From assembly GCA_050011815.1 (NCBI GenBank), contig JBEKIJ010000012.1:18974-82973 (forward strand): 64,000 bases of DNA, read 5' to 3'. This document shows positions 20,289 to 28,875 of the stretch, one piece after another. A program made the translations under genes and the position numbers. Source of the stretch: Acidimicrobiales bacterium. GTDB taxonomy: Bacteria; Actinomycetota; Acidimicrobiia; Acidimicrobiales; UBA8190. The notes below the pieces were generated by a model. The model worked only from the letters and a program-made list of their open reading frames with translations. It ran no database searches and was not told the DNA's origin. Each line of letters begins with the position of its first letter. The first letter of the stretch is position 1.

Positions 20289-20355
20289 ACTACAGTGCTG
20301 TAATGGCCCCTGCATCTGGTAGGCCCCACAGGGGAGACCACAACATCTTGTGGTC
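20289..20355. promoter_or_regulatory. Two palindromes resembling NrdR boxes upstream of nrdJ, in the glpK-nrdJ divergent region
   Basis: The two sites are TACAG-tg-CTGTA (20291-20302) and ACCACAAcatcTTGTGGT (20338-20355). The second has perfect 8-bp arms and resembles the NrdR consensus acaCwAtATaTwGtgt. They lie 85-150 bp upstream of the nrdJ ATG. Confidence 0.35.
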
Positions 20356-20440
20356 TGGGGGGGACGACGGGCCGGGGGGCCCTGTTCCTCTCCCGGGGGC
20401 CCACACCTACGCTGGGAACCAAGGAAAGGGACCAACGAAC

Positions 20441-23400
20441 ATGGCAATCGCTCCGCAGCGGACCGCTATCGGCATTCGGCGGTACTTCACCACCGAAGGG
20501 GTCCACCCCTACGACGAGCTCGCATGGGACCGGCGCGATTCGCGCATCACCGACTACCGCGACGGCAGCATCGCCTTCGAGCAGCTCGAGGTCGAGGTGC
20601 CTGTCACCTGGAGCCTCAACGCCACCAACATCCTGGCCCAGAAGTACTTCCGGGGGACCCCCGGCACCGCCGAGCGCGAGACCTCGTTGAAGCAGGTGGC
20701 CGACCGGGTGGTGGACACCATCACCGCCTGGGGCATCAAGGACGGCTACTTCGAGGACGACGCCGAGGCGCAGACCTTCAGCGACGAGCTCAAGCACATC
20801 ATCGTGAACCAGCGGGCCGCATTCAACTCCCCGGTGTGGTTCAACATCGGTGTGAAAGGTGTCCCGCAGCAGGCCAGCGCGTGTTTCATCCTTGCCGTCG
20901 ACGACTCGATGGACTCGATCCTCAACTGGTACCGGGAAGAAGGCATCATCTTCAAGGGTGGTTCGGGCGCCGGCGTGAACCTGTCGAGCATCCGCGCCTC
21001 GGTCGAACGGCTCCAAGGCGGCGGTACCGCTTCGGGCCCGGTGTCGTTCATGCGCGGAGCCGACGCCTCGGCGGGGACGATCAAGTCCGGTGGCAAGACC
21101 CGCCGGGCCGCCAAGATGGTCATCCTCAACGACGACCACCCCGACATCGAGGACTTCATCTGGTGCAAGGCCCTCGAGGAGCGCAAGGCGCGGGTCCTTC
21201 GCGACAGCGGGTTCGACATGGACCTCGACGGATCCGACTCGTTCTCCATCCAGTACCAGAACGCCAACAACTCGGTGCGCGTGACCGACGAGTTCATGCA
21301 GGCCGTCCTCGACGACGCCGACTGGGCCCTCACGGCCCGCACCGACGGCTCGGCGGTCCGTATCGTCAAGGCTCGAGACCTGTTCCGCCAGATCGCCCAC
21401 GCCGCCTGGGAATGCGCCGACCCCGGCATGCAGTTCGACACGACCATCAATCGCTGGCACACGGCCCCCAACGCCGGCCGGATCAACGGCAGTAACCCTT
21501 GCTGCTTCGTGGGTGAGACAGAGGTCGTAACAGCCGATGGTCGGCTTTCTATCGCCGAACTGGCCCTCCGTTGTGAGCTGGGTGAGGACGCGCCGAACGT
21601 CGTCGCCTTCGATCTCACCAAGAGTGAGCTGGTCATGCCCGAGATGGTCAAGGCTTGGGTTGCGGGATACACGTCAGACCTCGTAGAGGTCACCACTGAC
21701 CGGGGTCGCTTGCGCTGTACGCCTGAGCATCCTTTCCTGACCATGACAGGCGAGTTTGTGCACGCACAGTCACTCGTTCCTGGAACGAGGCTTCACGGCC
21801 TTGAGGGTACTGAGCGGATCGTGTCCGTAGGCAGGCTCCGTTTGGAACAAGAAGTCCCCGTATACGACCTGGAGGTGGCGGGGGTTCACAACTTCGCCGT
21901 TGCGACCAGTGACTCCACCGGAGTCATCGTCCACAACAGCGAGTACATGCACATCGACAACAGCGCCTGCAACCTGGCCTCGATCAACCTGCTCAAGTAC
22001 CTCCGCGAGGACGACAGCTTCGACGCCGAGAGCTTCAACGCCACGGTGGACGTCGTGTTCACGGCGCAGGAGATCCTGGTCGGCAACGCCGACTACCCGA
22101 CCGAGAAGATCGCCGAGAACTCGCGCCGGTACCGTGAGCTCGGCCTCGGATACGCGAACCTGGGTGCCCTCCTCATGGCCCAGGGCCTGCCCTATGACTC
22201 CGACGAGGGTCGGGCCTGGGCCGCGTCGATCACGGCCCTCATGACGGGCCACGCCTACGCCGTGTCCGCTCGGACGGCGTCGCGCATGGGCCCCTTCGCC
22301 GGCTTCCACGCCGATCGCGAGGCGATGCTCAACGTGCTGCAGATGCACCGCGCCGAGGTCGCCAAGATCGACGAGGAGCTCGTTCCCATGGATCTGCTCT
22401 CCGCCGCTCAGGAAGCGTGGGACGATGCCGTCGAGCTCGGAGAGCAGTTCGGCGTGCGCAACTCCCAGGCCAGCGTCCTCGCCCCGACAGGAACCATCGC
22501 CCTGATGCTCGACTGTGACACCACCGGTGTCGAGCCCGACCTCGGCCTCGTGAAGACGAAGAAGCTCGTCGGTGGTGGGACCATGTCCATCGTCAACCAG
22601 ACGGTGCCCCGTGCCCTGGCGAGGCTCGGCTACATGCCCGAGCAGGTCGACGACATCATCTCCTACATCGACGAGCACAAGTCGATCGTGGGTGCCCCGC
22701 ACCTGGCGAGCGAGCACATGGCCGTGTTCGCCTGCTCGATGGGCGACAACACGATCCATTACACGGGGCACGTCCGCATGATGGGTGCCGTCCAACCGTT
22801 CATCAGCGGCGCCATCAGCAAGTGCGTCGTGGGTGACACCCTGCTTGCCACTACCGACGGGCTCATCCGTATCGGTGGCCTGCACCAGGGCGAGAGTCCC
22901 GACAGCTTCCGCGACGAGATCCTCGCCGTGGCGTCGATCGGTGGCATCCACAAGACCGACGCCTTCTACTACGGCGGTGTCCGCCCGGTGCGTCGGGTGG
23001 TGCTCCGTTCCGGCCACGCCGTCACCGGAACCCCGAACCACCGGGTGCTGACCGCGGGGGCGACGGGCCTCGACTGGAAGCGTCTCGACCAGGTCGAGCC
23101 GGGCGATTACGTGGCCTCGAAGTACGGGGACGAGTTGTGGTCGGAACTTCCCGCCCGTTTCGACGACTTCACGCCGACTCGCTCCTACGGCTCCCAGAAG
23201 ACGGTCCGGATCCCCGACGAGATGACGGACCCGCTGGCGTTCCTGCTCGGCGCCTACGCATCCGAGGGCCATACCTCGCGTTCGACGTGGACGATAGTCA
23301 TCACGAACTCCGAGGACGCCGTCCTGGAGGAGATCGCTGAGGCCGCTCGCGTGTGCTTCGACGTCGAAGCCAAGATCCGCCGTCCCGCGGACCGTTGCCC

Positions 23401-25081
23401 GAGCGTTGAGATCTCCTCGAAGACGATCGTCGAGTTCTTCGAGTACCTGGGATGCGGCGCACGGGCTTCGGCCAAGCGGATCCCCGATGCGGTGCTTCGT
23501 TCCCCCCGGGAGCTCGTGCTCTCGTTCCTCCAGGGTCTCGCCCTCGACGCCTACACCAGTGACGCCACGACGACGAAATGGGCGATCTGCCTCGACGCGC
23601 CCGCGCTCCTCGATGACCTGCAGGCGGTCCTGACCAACCTGGGCGTGGTGCACGGCCGGATCAGCAAGTCCAACAAGCTCAACGGCAAGACCTACGACGA
23701 GGTCTATGCCGCGGGTGTCCACGCCAAGAAGATGGTCGAGCTCGCCCCCTTCCTCGAGGCCCACAAGTCGGCAGCCGCCGCCCGCATGGTGGCCGGCATC
23801 ACGGAGACGCATCACAACACGGCTGACGTGGTGCCGGGGATCACGCCGGGCGAGCTCTATGCGCTCGTTCCCTACCGACGTCGCAACGAGCTCGGCGTCC
23901 TTCTCCGGACCGAGTTCAGCTTCCTGGCCGATCGTCGCACCAGGTTCGTGAGCCGGGAGACGGTCGCACGGGTGGCTCGCATCGAAGGCGTCACCCTCCC
24001 CGAATGGCTGGGCCAGGTCCTCGACGACAACCTTCACTTCAGCCCTGTGGCATCGGTGGACGATGCCGGTGCGCGCGAGGTATTCGACGTGTCGGTGCCA
24101 TACACGCATGCCTTCGTCGCCAACGGGATCGTCAACCACAACACGGTGAACCTGCCCGAGGACGTCACCGTCGAGGACATCGAGCAGCTGCACCTCGACG
24201 CCTGGCGCCTGGGGATCAAGGCCGTCGCCATCTATCGCGACAACTGCAAGGTGGGACAGCCCCTTTCCACCACCAAGAAGGCCGGCGTGGGTGAGGGTGG
24301 CGACTTCGCCCCGCCCGGATCTGATGCCGAAGCCCGTGACCGCGCCGCCGCGGCCCGGATCTCCGAGCTCGAGGCGGCCCTCGCCCACGAGCAGGGCCGG
24401 GCCCACGACACGGTGGTGGTGGGAGCGGTGCGCGAGCGCCTGCCCCGGCGTCGCAAGTCCAGCACCTTCGCTTTCCGAGTGGCCGACTGCGAGGGGTACG
24501 TGACCGTTGGGGAGTACGACGACGGTCGGCCCGGTGAGGTGTTCATGAAGGTCTCCAAGCAGGGCTCCACCCTGGCGGGGATCATGGACGCCTTCTCGAT
24601 CTCGGTCAGCCTGGGTCTGCAGCACGGGGTGCCGCTGGCCACTTATGTCCGCAAGTACTCGAACATGCGTTTCGAGCCCGCGGGGATCACCGATGACCCC
24701 GAACTCCGCATCGCCACCAGCCTGTTGGACTACATCTTCCGCCGGCTGGCGGTGGACTACCTGCCGCTCAGCGAGCGCGAGGAGCTCGGTGTGTTGTCGA
24801 CAGTGGAGCGGATGCAGCCGACCCTGCCCGGTGTGGAAGAAGCCGCCACGCCTGAACAGGACCTCGTCGAGGACTCGGGGATCAGCTCGGTGCCGCCGAC
24901 GGGACGCAGCGACCGGACCTCGGCGGTGTACCGCACGTCGTCACCGTCTACCTCCGGCTCGGCGACGGCACGGGCCGAGCAGAGCAACGCACCCCTGTGT
25001 TACCAGTGCGGGATGGTCATGCAGCGAGCAGGGTCCTGCTACCTGTGCACGAGCTGCGGGACGACGAGCGGCTGTTCGTAG
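20441..25081 (+). CDS. nrdJ: Vitamin B12-dependent (class II) ribonucleotide reductase interrupted by two in-frame inteins
   Basis: RBS AAGGAAAGG 8 bp upstream. Has the NrdJ N-terminal region, the active-site NPC motif, the AISK-TVNLPED region and a C-terminal CxxC...CxxC zinc ribbon. Two insertions are each bounded by an N-terminal Cys and a terminal HN followed by Ser or Thr. Confidence 0.9.
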   Translation: MAIAPQRTAIGIRRYFTTEGVHPYDELAWDRRDSRITDYRDGSIAFEQLEVEVPVTWSLNATNILAQKYFRGTPGTAERETSLKQVADRVVDTITAWGIKDGYFEDDAEAQTFSDELKHIIVNQRAAFNSPVWFNIGVKGVPQQASACFILAVDDSMDSILNWYREEGIIFKGGSGAGVNLSSIRASVERLQGGGTASGPVSFMRGADASAGTIKSGGKTRRAAKMVILNDDHPDIEDFIWCKALEERKARVLRDSGFDMDLDGSDSFSIQYQNANNSVRVTDEFMQAVLDDADWALTARTDGSAVRIVKARDLFRQIAHAAWECADPGMQFDTTINRWHTAPNAGRINGSNPCCFVGETEVVTADGRLSIAELALRCELGEDAPNVVAFDLTKSELVMPEMVKAWVAGYTSDLVEVTTDRGRLRCTPEHPFLTMTGEFVHAQSLVPGTRLHGLEGTERIVSVGRLRLEQEVPVYDLEVAGVHNFAVATSDSTGVIVHNSEYMHIDNSACNLASINLLKYLREDDSFDAESFNATVDVVFTAQEILVGNADYPTEKIAENSRRYRELGLGYANLGALLMAQGLPYDSDEGRAWAASITALMTGHAYAVSARTASRMGPFAGFHADREAMLNVLQMHRAEVAKIDEELVPMDLLSAAQEAWDDAVELGEQFGVRNSQASVLAPTGTIALMLDCDTTGVEPDLGLVKTKKLVGGGTMSIVNQTVPRALARLGYMPEQVDDIISYIDEHKSIVGAPHLASEHMAVFACSMGDNTIHYTGHVRMMGAVQPFISGAISKCVVGDTLLATTDGLIRIGGLHQGESPDSFRDEILAVASIGGIHKTDAFYYGGVRPVRRVVLRSGHAVTGTPNHRVLTAGATGLDWKRLDQVEPGDYVASKYGDELWSELPARFDDFTPTRSYGSQKTVRIPDEMTDPLAFLLGAYASEGHTSRSTWTIVITNSEDAVLEEIAEAARVCFDVEAKIRRPADRCPSVEISSKTIVEFFEYLGCGARASAKRIPDAVLRSPRELVLSFLQGLALDAYTSDATTTKWAICLDAPALLDDLQAVLTNLGVVHGRISKSNKLNGKTYDEVYAAGVHAKKMVELAPFLEAHKSAAAARMVAGITETHHNTADVVPGITPGELYALVPYRRRNELGVLLRTEFSFLADRRTRFVSRETVARVARIEGVTLPEWLGQVLDDNLHFSPVASVDDAGAREVFDVSVPYTHAFVANGIVNHNTVNLPEDVTVEDIEQLHLDAWRLGIKAVAIYRDNCKVGQPLSTTKKAGVGEGGDFAPPGSDAEARDRAAAARISELEAALAHEQGRAHDTVVVGAVRERLPRRRKSSTFAFRVADCEGYVTVGEYDDGRPGEVFMKVSKQGSTLAGIMDAFSISVSLGLQHGVPLATYVRKYSNMRFEPAGITDDPELRIATSLLDYIFRRLAVDYLPLSEREELGVLSTVERMQPTLPGVEEAATPEQDLVEDSGISSVPPTGRSDRTSAVYRTSSPSTSGSATARAEQSNAPLCYQCGMVMQRAGSCYLCTSCGTTSGCS
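21503..21937 (+). mobile_element. Mini-intein 1 (145 aa, no endonuclease domain) inserted after the catalytic NPC of NrdJ
   Basis: Starts CFVGETEVVTADG (block A) and ends GVIVHN, followed by the +1 Ser (SEYMHIDNSACNL). The extein NPC|SE junction corresponds to the conserved NPCGE active-site loop. GC content is visibly lower than in the flanking extein sequence. Confidence 0.8.
22823..24142 (+). mobile_element. Intein 2 (440 aa) with a LAGLIDADG homing endonuclease, inserted after AISK of NrdJ
   Basis: Starts CVVGDTLLATTDG and ends FVANGIVNHN, followed by the +1 Thr (TVNLPED). Two LAGLIDADG-type motifs are present (LAFLLGAYASEGH and LVLSFLQGLALDAY). Confidence 0.8.
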
Positions 25082-25116
25082 TAGGACAGGCTCGCTGGCG
25101 AGAGCACGCTTCGGAT

Positions 25117-25170
25117 GCCTACCCGGTGCCCGTGACCACGAGAGGTCATGACACCGGGTAGGCGCTTTTC
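25117..25170. terminator. Bidirectional hairpin terminator between convergent nrdJ and the repeat-protein gene
   Basis: GCCTACCCGGTG (25117-25128) and CACCGGGTAGGC (25152-25163) form perfect 12-bp arms, followed by a CGCTTTTC tract. Confidence 0.5.
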
Positions 25171-25179
25171 AACAGCCTC

Positions 25180-26343
25180 TTAGTGCGAACGGTGTCCCGA
25201 GCTGTGACCGAAGTATTCCGGCCCGTTCGTAGGTGCCCCCGACCCGAACCCGCCGTGGTTGCTCGTGGCATGACCTTTCGGCCCCGACACGTCTGGCGAC
25301 CCTCCGGCCACTGATCCTCTCGGGCTCCCGAATACGGCGTGGGGCTTGGGTGTCGTGGGTGGGGAGGGAACCACGAACACGCTGGTGGCGGTCACGGTGC
25401 CGCTCGAGATGGTGCCAAAGGCGCCCACCTGCTCACCCACGCACACGTTGACGAACGTCGGTGCGCTCACGCCGTGCTCGGAGAAGGTCGTGGTGGTGCT
25501 CACGTCGACGGTGAAGGTCGAACTGTGGAACCCGTTCAAGGTGAACGTCCCCGCCGTGGCCGCCACCCCACAGGTGCCGGTGGTGCTCGTCCCGTTGACC
25601 GAAGCCACCGTCCCGAAGGCGGCGTGGGGCTTGGGCGTCGGGGGCGGCGTCACGAACACGCTGGTGGCGCTCACGGTGCCGCTCGAGATCATGCCGAAGG
25701 CGCCCACCTTCTCACCCACGCACACGTTGACGAACGTCGGTGCGCTCACGCCCTTCTCGGAGAAGGTCGTCGTGGTGCTCACGTCGACGGTGAAGGTCGT
25801 GCTGGGGAACCCGTTCAAGGTGAACGTCCCCGCCGTGGCCGCCACCCCACAGGTGCCGGTGGTGCTCGTCCCGTTGACCGAGGCCACCGTTCCGAAGACG
25901 GCGTGGGGCTTGGGCGTCGGGGGCGTCGTCACGAATACGCTGGTGGCGCTCACCGTGCCGCTCGAGATCATGCCGACGGCACCCACCTTCTCACCCACGC
26001 AGACGTTGGCGAAGGTCGGTGTGCTCACGCCGTGCTCGGAGAAGGTCGTCGTGGTGCTCACGTCGACGGTGAAGGTCGTGCTGGGGAGCGCGTCCAAGAC
26101 GAAAGCTCCCGCGGTGGCGGCGACGCCACATGTGCCGGTGGTGCTCGTCCCGTTGACCGAGGCCACCGTTCCGAAGACGCCCGTTGGCGCGTCGCGATGA
26201 TGGTGACGGCCATGGTGGCCGCTGCCGGTCGAGAGCCCACCCGAAGCACGCAACGTCGTTGCCGACGCCGCTGCGCCGGAGAGCAGGACCACCGCCAGTG
26301 TCGCCAAAATGGCGATCTTTGCCATGCGCCATGTTCTGGACAT
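25180..26343 (-). CDS. Secreted repetitive protein: signal peptide, His-rich termini and three ~90-aa tandem repeats
   Basis: Has a signal peptide (MAKIAILATLAVVLLSGAAASA) and a His cluster (HHGRHHHRD). It contains three near-identical repeats (AVFGTVASVNGTSTTGTCGVAATAG...NVCVGEKVGA.GMISSGTVSATSVFVT.PPTPKPH), each with two Cys, and a His/Gly-rich C-terminal tail. Confidence 0.6.
   Translation of the reverse strand: MSRTWRMAKIAILATLAVVLLSGAAASATTLRASGGLSTGSGHHGRHHHRDAPTGVFGTVASVNGTSTTGTCGVAATAGAFVLDALPSTTFTVDVSTTTTFSEHGVSTPTFANVCVGEKVGAVGMISSGTVSATSVFVTTPPTPKPHAVFGTVASVNGTSTTGTCGVAATAGTFTLNGFPSTTFTVDVSTTTTFSEKGVSAPTFVNVCVGEKVGAFGMISSGTVSATSVFVTPPPTPKPHAAFGTVASVNGTSTTGTCGVAATAGTFTLNGFHSSTFTVDVSTTTTFSEHGVSAPTFVNVCVGEQVGAFGTISSGTVTATSVFVVPSPPTTPKPHAVFGSPRGSVAGGSPDVSGPKGHATSNHGGFGSGAPTNGPEYFGHSSGHRSH
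25330..26175. repeat. About 279-bp tandem DNA repeat, three copies, inside the repeat-protein gene
   Basis: Near-identical units begin at ~25327, ~25621 and ~25900 (ggcgtggggcttggg...ccgaagacg). Confidence 0.7.
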
Positions 26344-26659
26344 GAATCCCCCCTGTGTTGAGTGCAGATCGCTCGGTCCGTCGCTGGCAGGCCGAGTCGC
26401 CCGTCCCCCCGCCGATGTTCCGGTGGACGAGCCGAGCGTGTAATGGCTGTTGAGGCACCTTTGCCCGAATACGTGGTCTTGTAAACACCCTATGTGATAA
26501 TTGTGACACTCGCCGCTTAGCGTCACCGAGGCACCGACCGCGAAGAAGGGCCGTGACCAGGCAGTTCATCTGAGATGCGCGCAGCGGAGCGGGAATCCCA
26601 GGATTCAGACAACGACTCGGGGCGCGGTGGATCGCCCTACCGCAAGAGCTCCCGGAGGG

Positions 26660-27862
26660 TCACGGTTCGGCTCGGATGGGCAGGTATTCGAACCGGCGGG
26701 TGAACGGCCCCGGTGCGTAACGGCCTGCGGAGCTGTCCACGACGAAATCGGGCGCCATCCGCAGCAGTTCCTCGATGACGACCCGGCCTTCGAGCCGGGC
26801 CGCGGCGGCTCCCAGACAATGGTGCGGCCCCGAGCTGAAGGCCAAGGTACGAGCCACGGTGCGGGTGACGTCGAGGCTGCCCGCATCGGGCCCGAACTCC
26901 CGAGGGTCCCGGTTGGCCGAGGCGAACAGCAGGTGGACCTTGTGATCGGCGGGGATCCTGACCGCCGCCTCGGCGGGACCGACGGTCACGTCCGTGGTGG
27001 TGGTGCGCGACAGCCCCTGGACAGGGGAGAGGAACCGCAAGAGCTCCTCCACAGCCCCGGCGACGAGTCCCCCGTCGGCGGAGAGGAGTCGACGTTGGTC
27101 AGGGTGTTCGCTCAGGAGGGCGGCGGTTCCCCCGATCAGTCCCGCCGCGGTGTCGTTGCCGCCGGCGATCATGACGAAGCAGAACCCCAGGATCTCTTCG
27201 AGGCTCACCGGACGTCCGTCGATCTCGGACTCGAGGAGCACCGAGATCATGTCGGGGCAGGAGTGCCCCTTCTTGGTTCCCGCCAGGTCGGTGAAGTACC
27301 CGTAGAGCTCTCCCACGGCCCGGCCGGCGGAGAGCACGTTCCCGCTGGCGTTGGCCTGGACGATGGCACTGCTCCAGGTGCCGAACGTGGACCGGTCGCT
27401 TTCGGGGACACCGAGGTAGTCGGCCACGACGAACGAGGGGACCGGTGTGGCGACTTCGGAGACGAAGTCGGCCTCTCCCATCTCGACGATGCGTTCGATG
27501 CACGACCTCGTGAACCGACGCAGGGAGTCCTCGCGCTCGGCCACGGCCCGCGGCGTGAACATGGCGTTGACCAATCGGCGGTAGAGGGTGTGGCGGGGCC
27601 GGTCCATCATGACCAAGGTGGGCATGAGCCCGAGCTTGGCGATCTCGTCCTCTTCGAAGGTCAGGCCCTGCGCCGAGGAGAAGGTCCCGGTGTCACAGGC
27701 CGCTGCCATCACATCCGCAAAACGCGACAGGACCCAGAATCCTCGCTTCTCGACGTGATGGACCGGGTCCTCGTCGCGCAGGCGCTCGTAGGTGGGGTAG
27801 GGGTCGCGCCACAGGTCGGGGTCGAGGGGGTCGTAGGCGAGGGTTCCGGCAGCGGTGGTCAT
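26660..27862 (-). CDS. Cytochrome P450
   Basis: 401 aa with RBS AAGGAGA 7 bp upstream. Has the heme-binding FSSGPHHCLGAAAA loop, an EELLR (ExxR) motif and an AGGNDT I-helix. Confidence 0.85.
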   Translation of the reverse strand: MTTAAGTLAYDPLDPDLWRDPYPTYERLRDEDPVHHVEKRGFWVLSRFADVMAAACDTGTFSSAQGLTFEEDEIAKLGLMPTLVMMDRPRHTLYRRLVNAMFTPRAVAEREDSLRRFTRSCIERIVEMGEADFVSEVATPVPSFVVADYLGVPESDRSTFGTWSSAIVQANASGNVLSAGRAVGELYGYFTDLAGTKKGHSCPDMISVLLESEIDGRPVSLEEILGFCFVMIAGGNDTAAGLIGGTAALLSEHPDQRRLLSADGGLVAGAVEELLRFLSPVQGLSRTTTTDVTVGPAEAAVRIPADHKVHLLFASANRDPREFGPDAGSLDVTRTVARTLAFSSGPHHCLGAAAARLEGRVVIEELLRMAPDFVVDSSAGRYAPGPFTRRFEYLPIRAEP

Positions 27863-27932
27863 CGCGGCGCTCTCCTTCGACGGGACGGACACGGCGAGAG
27901 TACTGGGACGAGCTCGGCCCGCACCGCAGCGG

Positions 27933-28823
27933 CTACCGAAGCCGACGCAAAGTTCCGGCCGGGCTCGCCGGCACGGCACCGGGATGAAGCGCCGACGCCA
28001 GGATCTCCACGCCGTCGACGAGACGGGGTCCCGGCCGTGAGAAGTACGAACTGGCATCCACGGCGAAAAACGCCTGCACTCCCGCCAGCTCGGCCCGATC
28101 CAGCAGAGGGGTGGCTTCGAGCGCGGCGGCTTCGAGGTCATACCCGCAGGGCATGAACACGACCACTTCGGGCGAGGCCGAGACGATCTGCTCCCAGGTG
28201 ACCCGGACCGACGGGGTGCCCCGGCTGGCCAGGACGGCTTCGCCTCCGGCGAGCTCGATCATCTCGGGGACCCAGTGGCCGCCGTTGAAGGGAGGATCGG
28301 ACCACTCGAGGGCGAACGTCCGGGGCTCGTCCCTCCCGGCCACCTTGGCGGCGACGAAGTCCAGCCTGGCCCGCAGGACCTCGACGAGCTCGGAGGCCAC
28401 GGACTCCGTCCCGGTGGCGGCGCCGACCTGCACGAGGCAATCCAGGACGTCGCCGAGCGAGCTCGGATCCATGGAGAGGACCTCGGCGCGACACCCCAGG
28501 AGCTCGAGGGCCTCGTTCACGTGTCCAGAGGGCACGGCGCACACCGCACACAGGTCCTGGGTGAGCACGAGATCGGGGCGAAGCTCTCGGACCGCCTCGT
28601 TGTCCAGCCGGTAGATCGGCTCACCCCCGCCGATGGAGGCGCTGACGAGGCGGTCCACCTCGGCCGGGTCCGAGGCGTCGGGAAGCGTGGAGAACGACAC
28701 CGATCGCTTGGTGCGGGCGCCAGGGGGCCAGTCGCATTCGTGGGTCACCCCCACCAGGTCGTCCTCCAGGCCCAGGGCGTAGACGATCTCGGTGGCCGAC
28801 GGCAGCAGGGAGAGGATCCGCAT
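27933..28823 (-). CDS. BtuF/TroA-like (cluster A-II) substrate-binding protein lacking a signal peptide (cobalamin-binding-protein-like)
   Basis: The MRILSLLPSATEIVYALG N-terminus and overall periplasmic-binding-protein (type III) pattern match BtuF-like proteins. There is no hydrophobic leader and no adjacent permease or ATPase. Confidence 0.6.
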   Translation of the reverse strand: MRILSLLPSATEIVYALGLEDDLVGVTHECDWPPGARTKRSVSFSTLPDASDPAEVDRLVSASIGGGEPIYRLDNEAVRELRPDLVLTQDLCAVCAVPSGHVNEALELLGCRAEVLSMDPSSLGDVLDCLVQVGAATGTESVASELVEVLRARLDFVAAKVAGRDEPRTFALEWSDPPFNGGHWVPEMIELAGGEAVLASRGTPSVRVTWEQIVSASPEVVVFMPCGYDLEAAALEATPLLDRAELAGVQAFFAVDASSYFSRPGPRLVDGVEILASALHPGAVPASPAGTLRRLR

Positions 28824-28875
28824 GGCGCGATCGTGGCCCACCCGCGCCCGTGGCGCTAGTGCGGCAGTCCGAGTG

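Noticed and set aside
21770-24625. 951-aa ORF antisense to nrdJ
   Set aside because: It lies wholly inside, and opposite to, a gene with unambiguous NrdJ and intein motifs. Its product is Gly/Arg/Val-rich and of low complexity, typical of GC-rich antisense frames.
26627-28156. 509-aa plus-strand ORF opposite the P450
   Set aside because: The P450 on the minus strand has a heme loop, the ExxR motif and a strong RBS. The plus frame lacks any motif.
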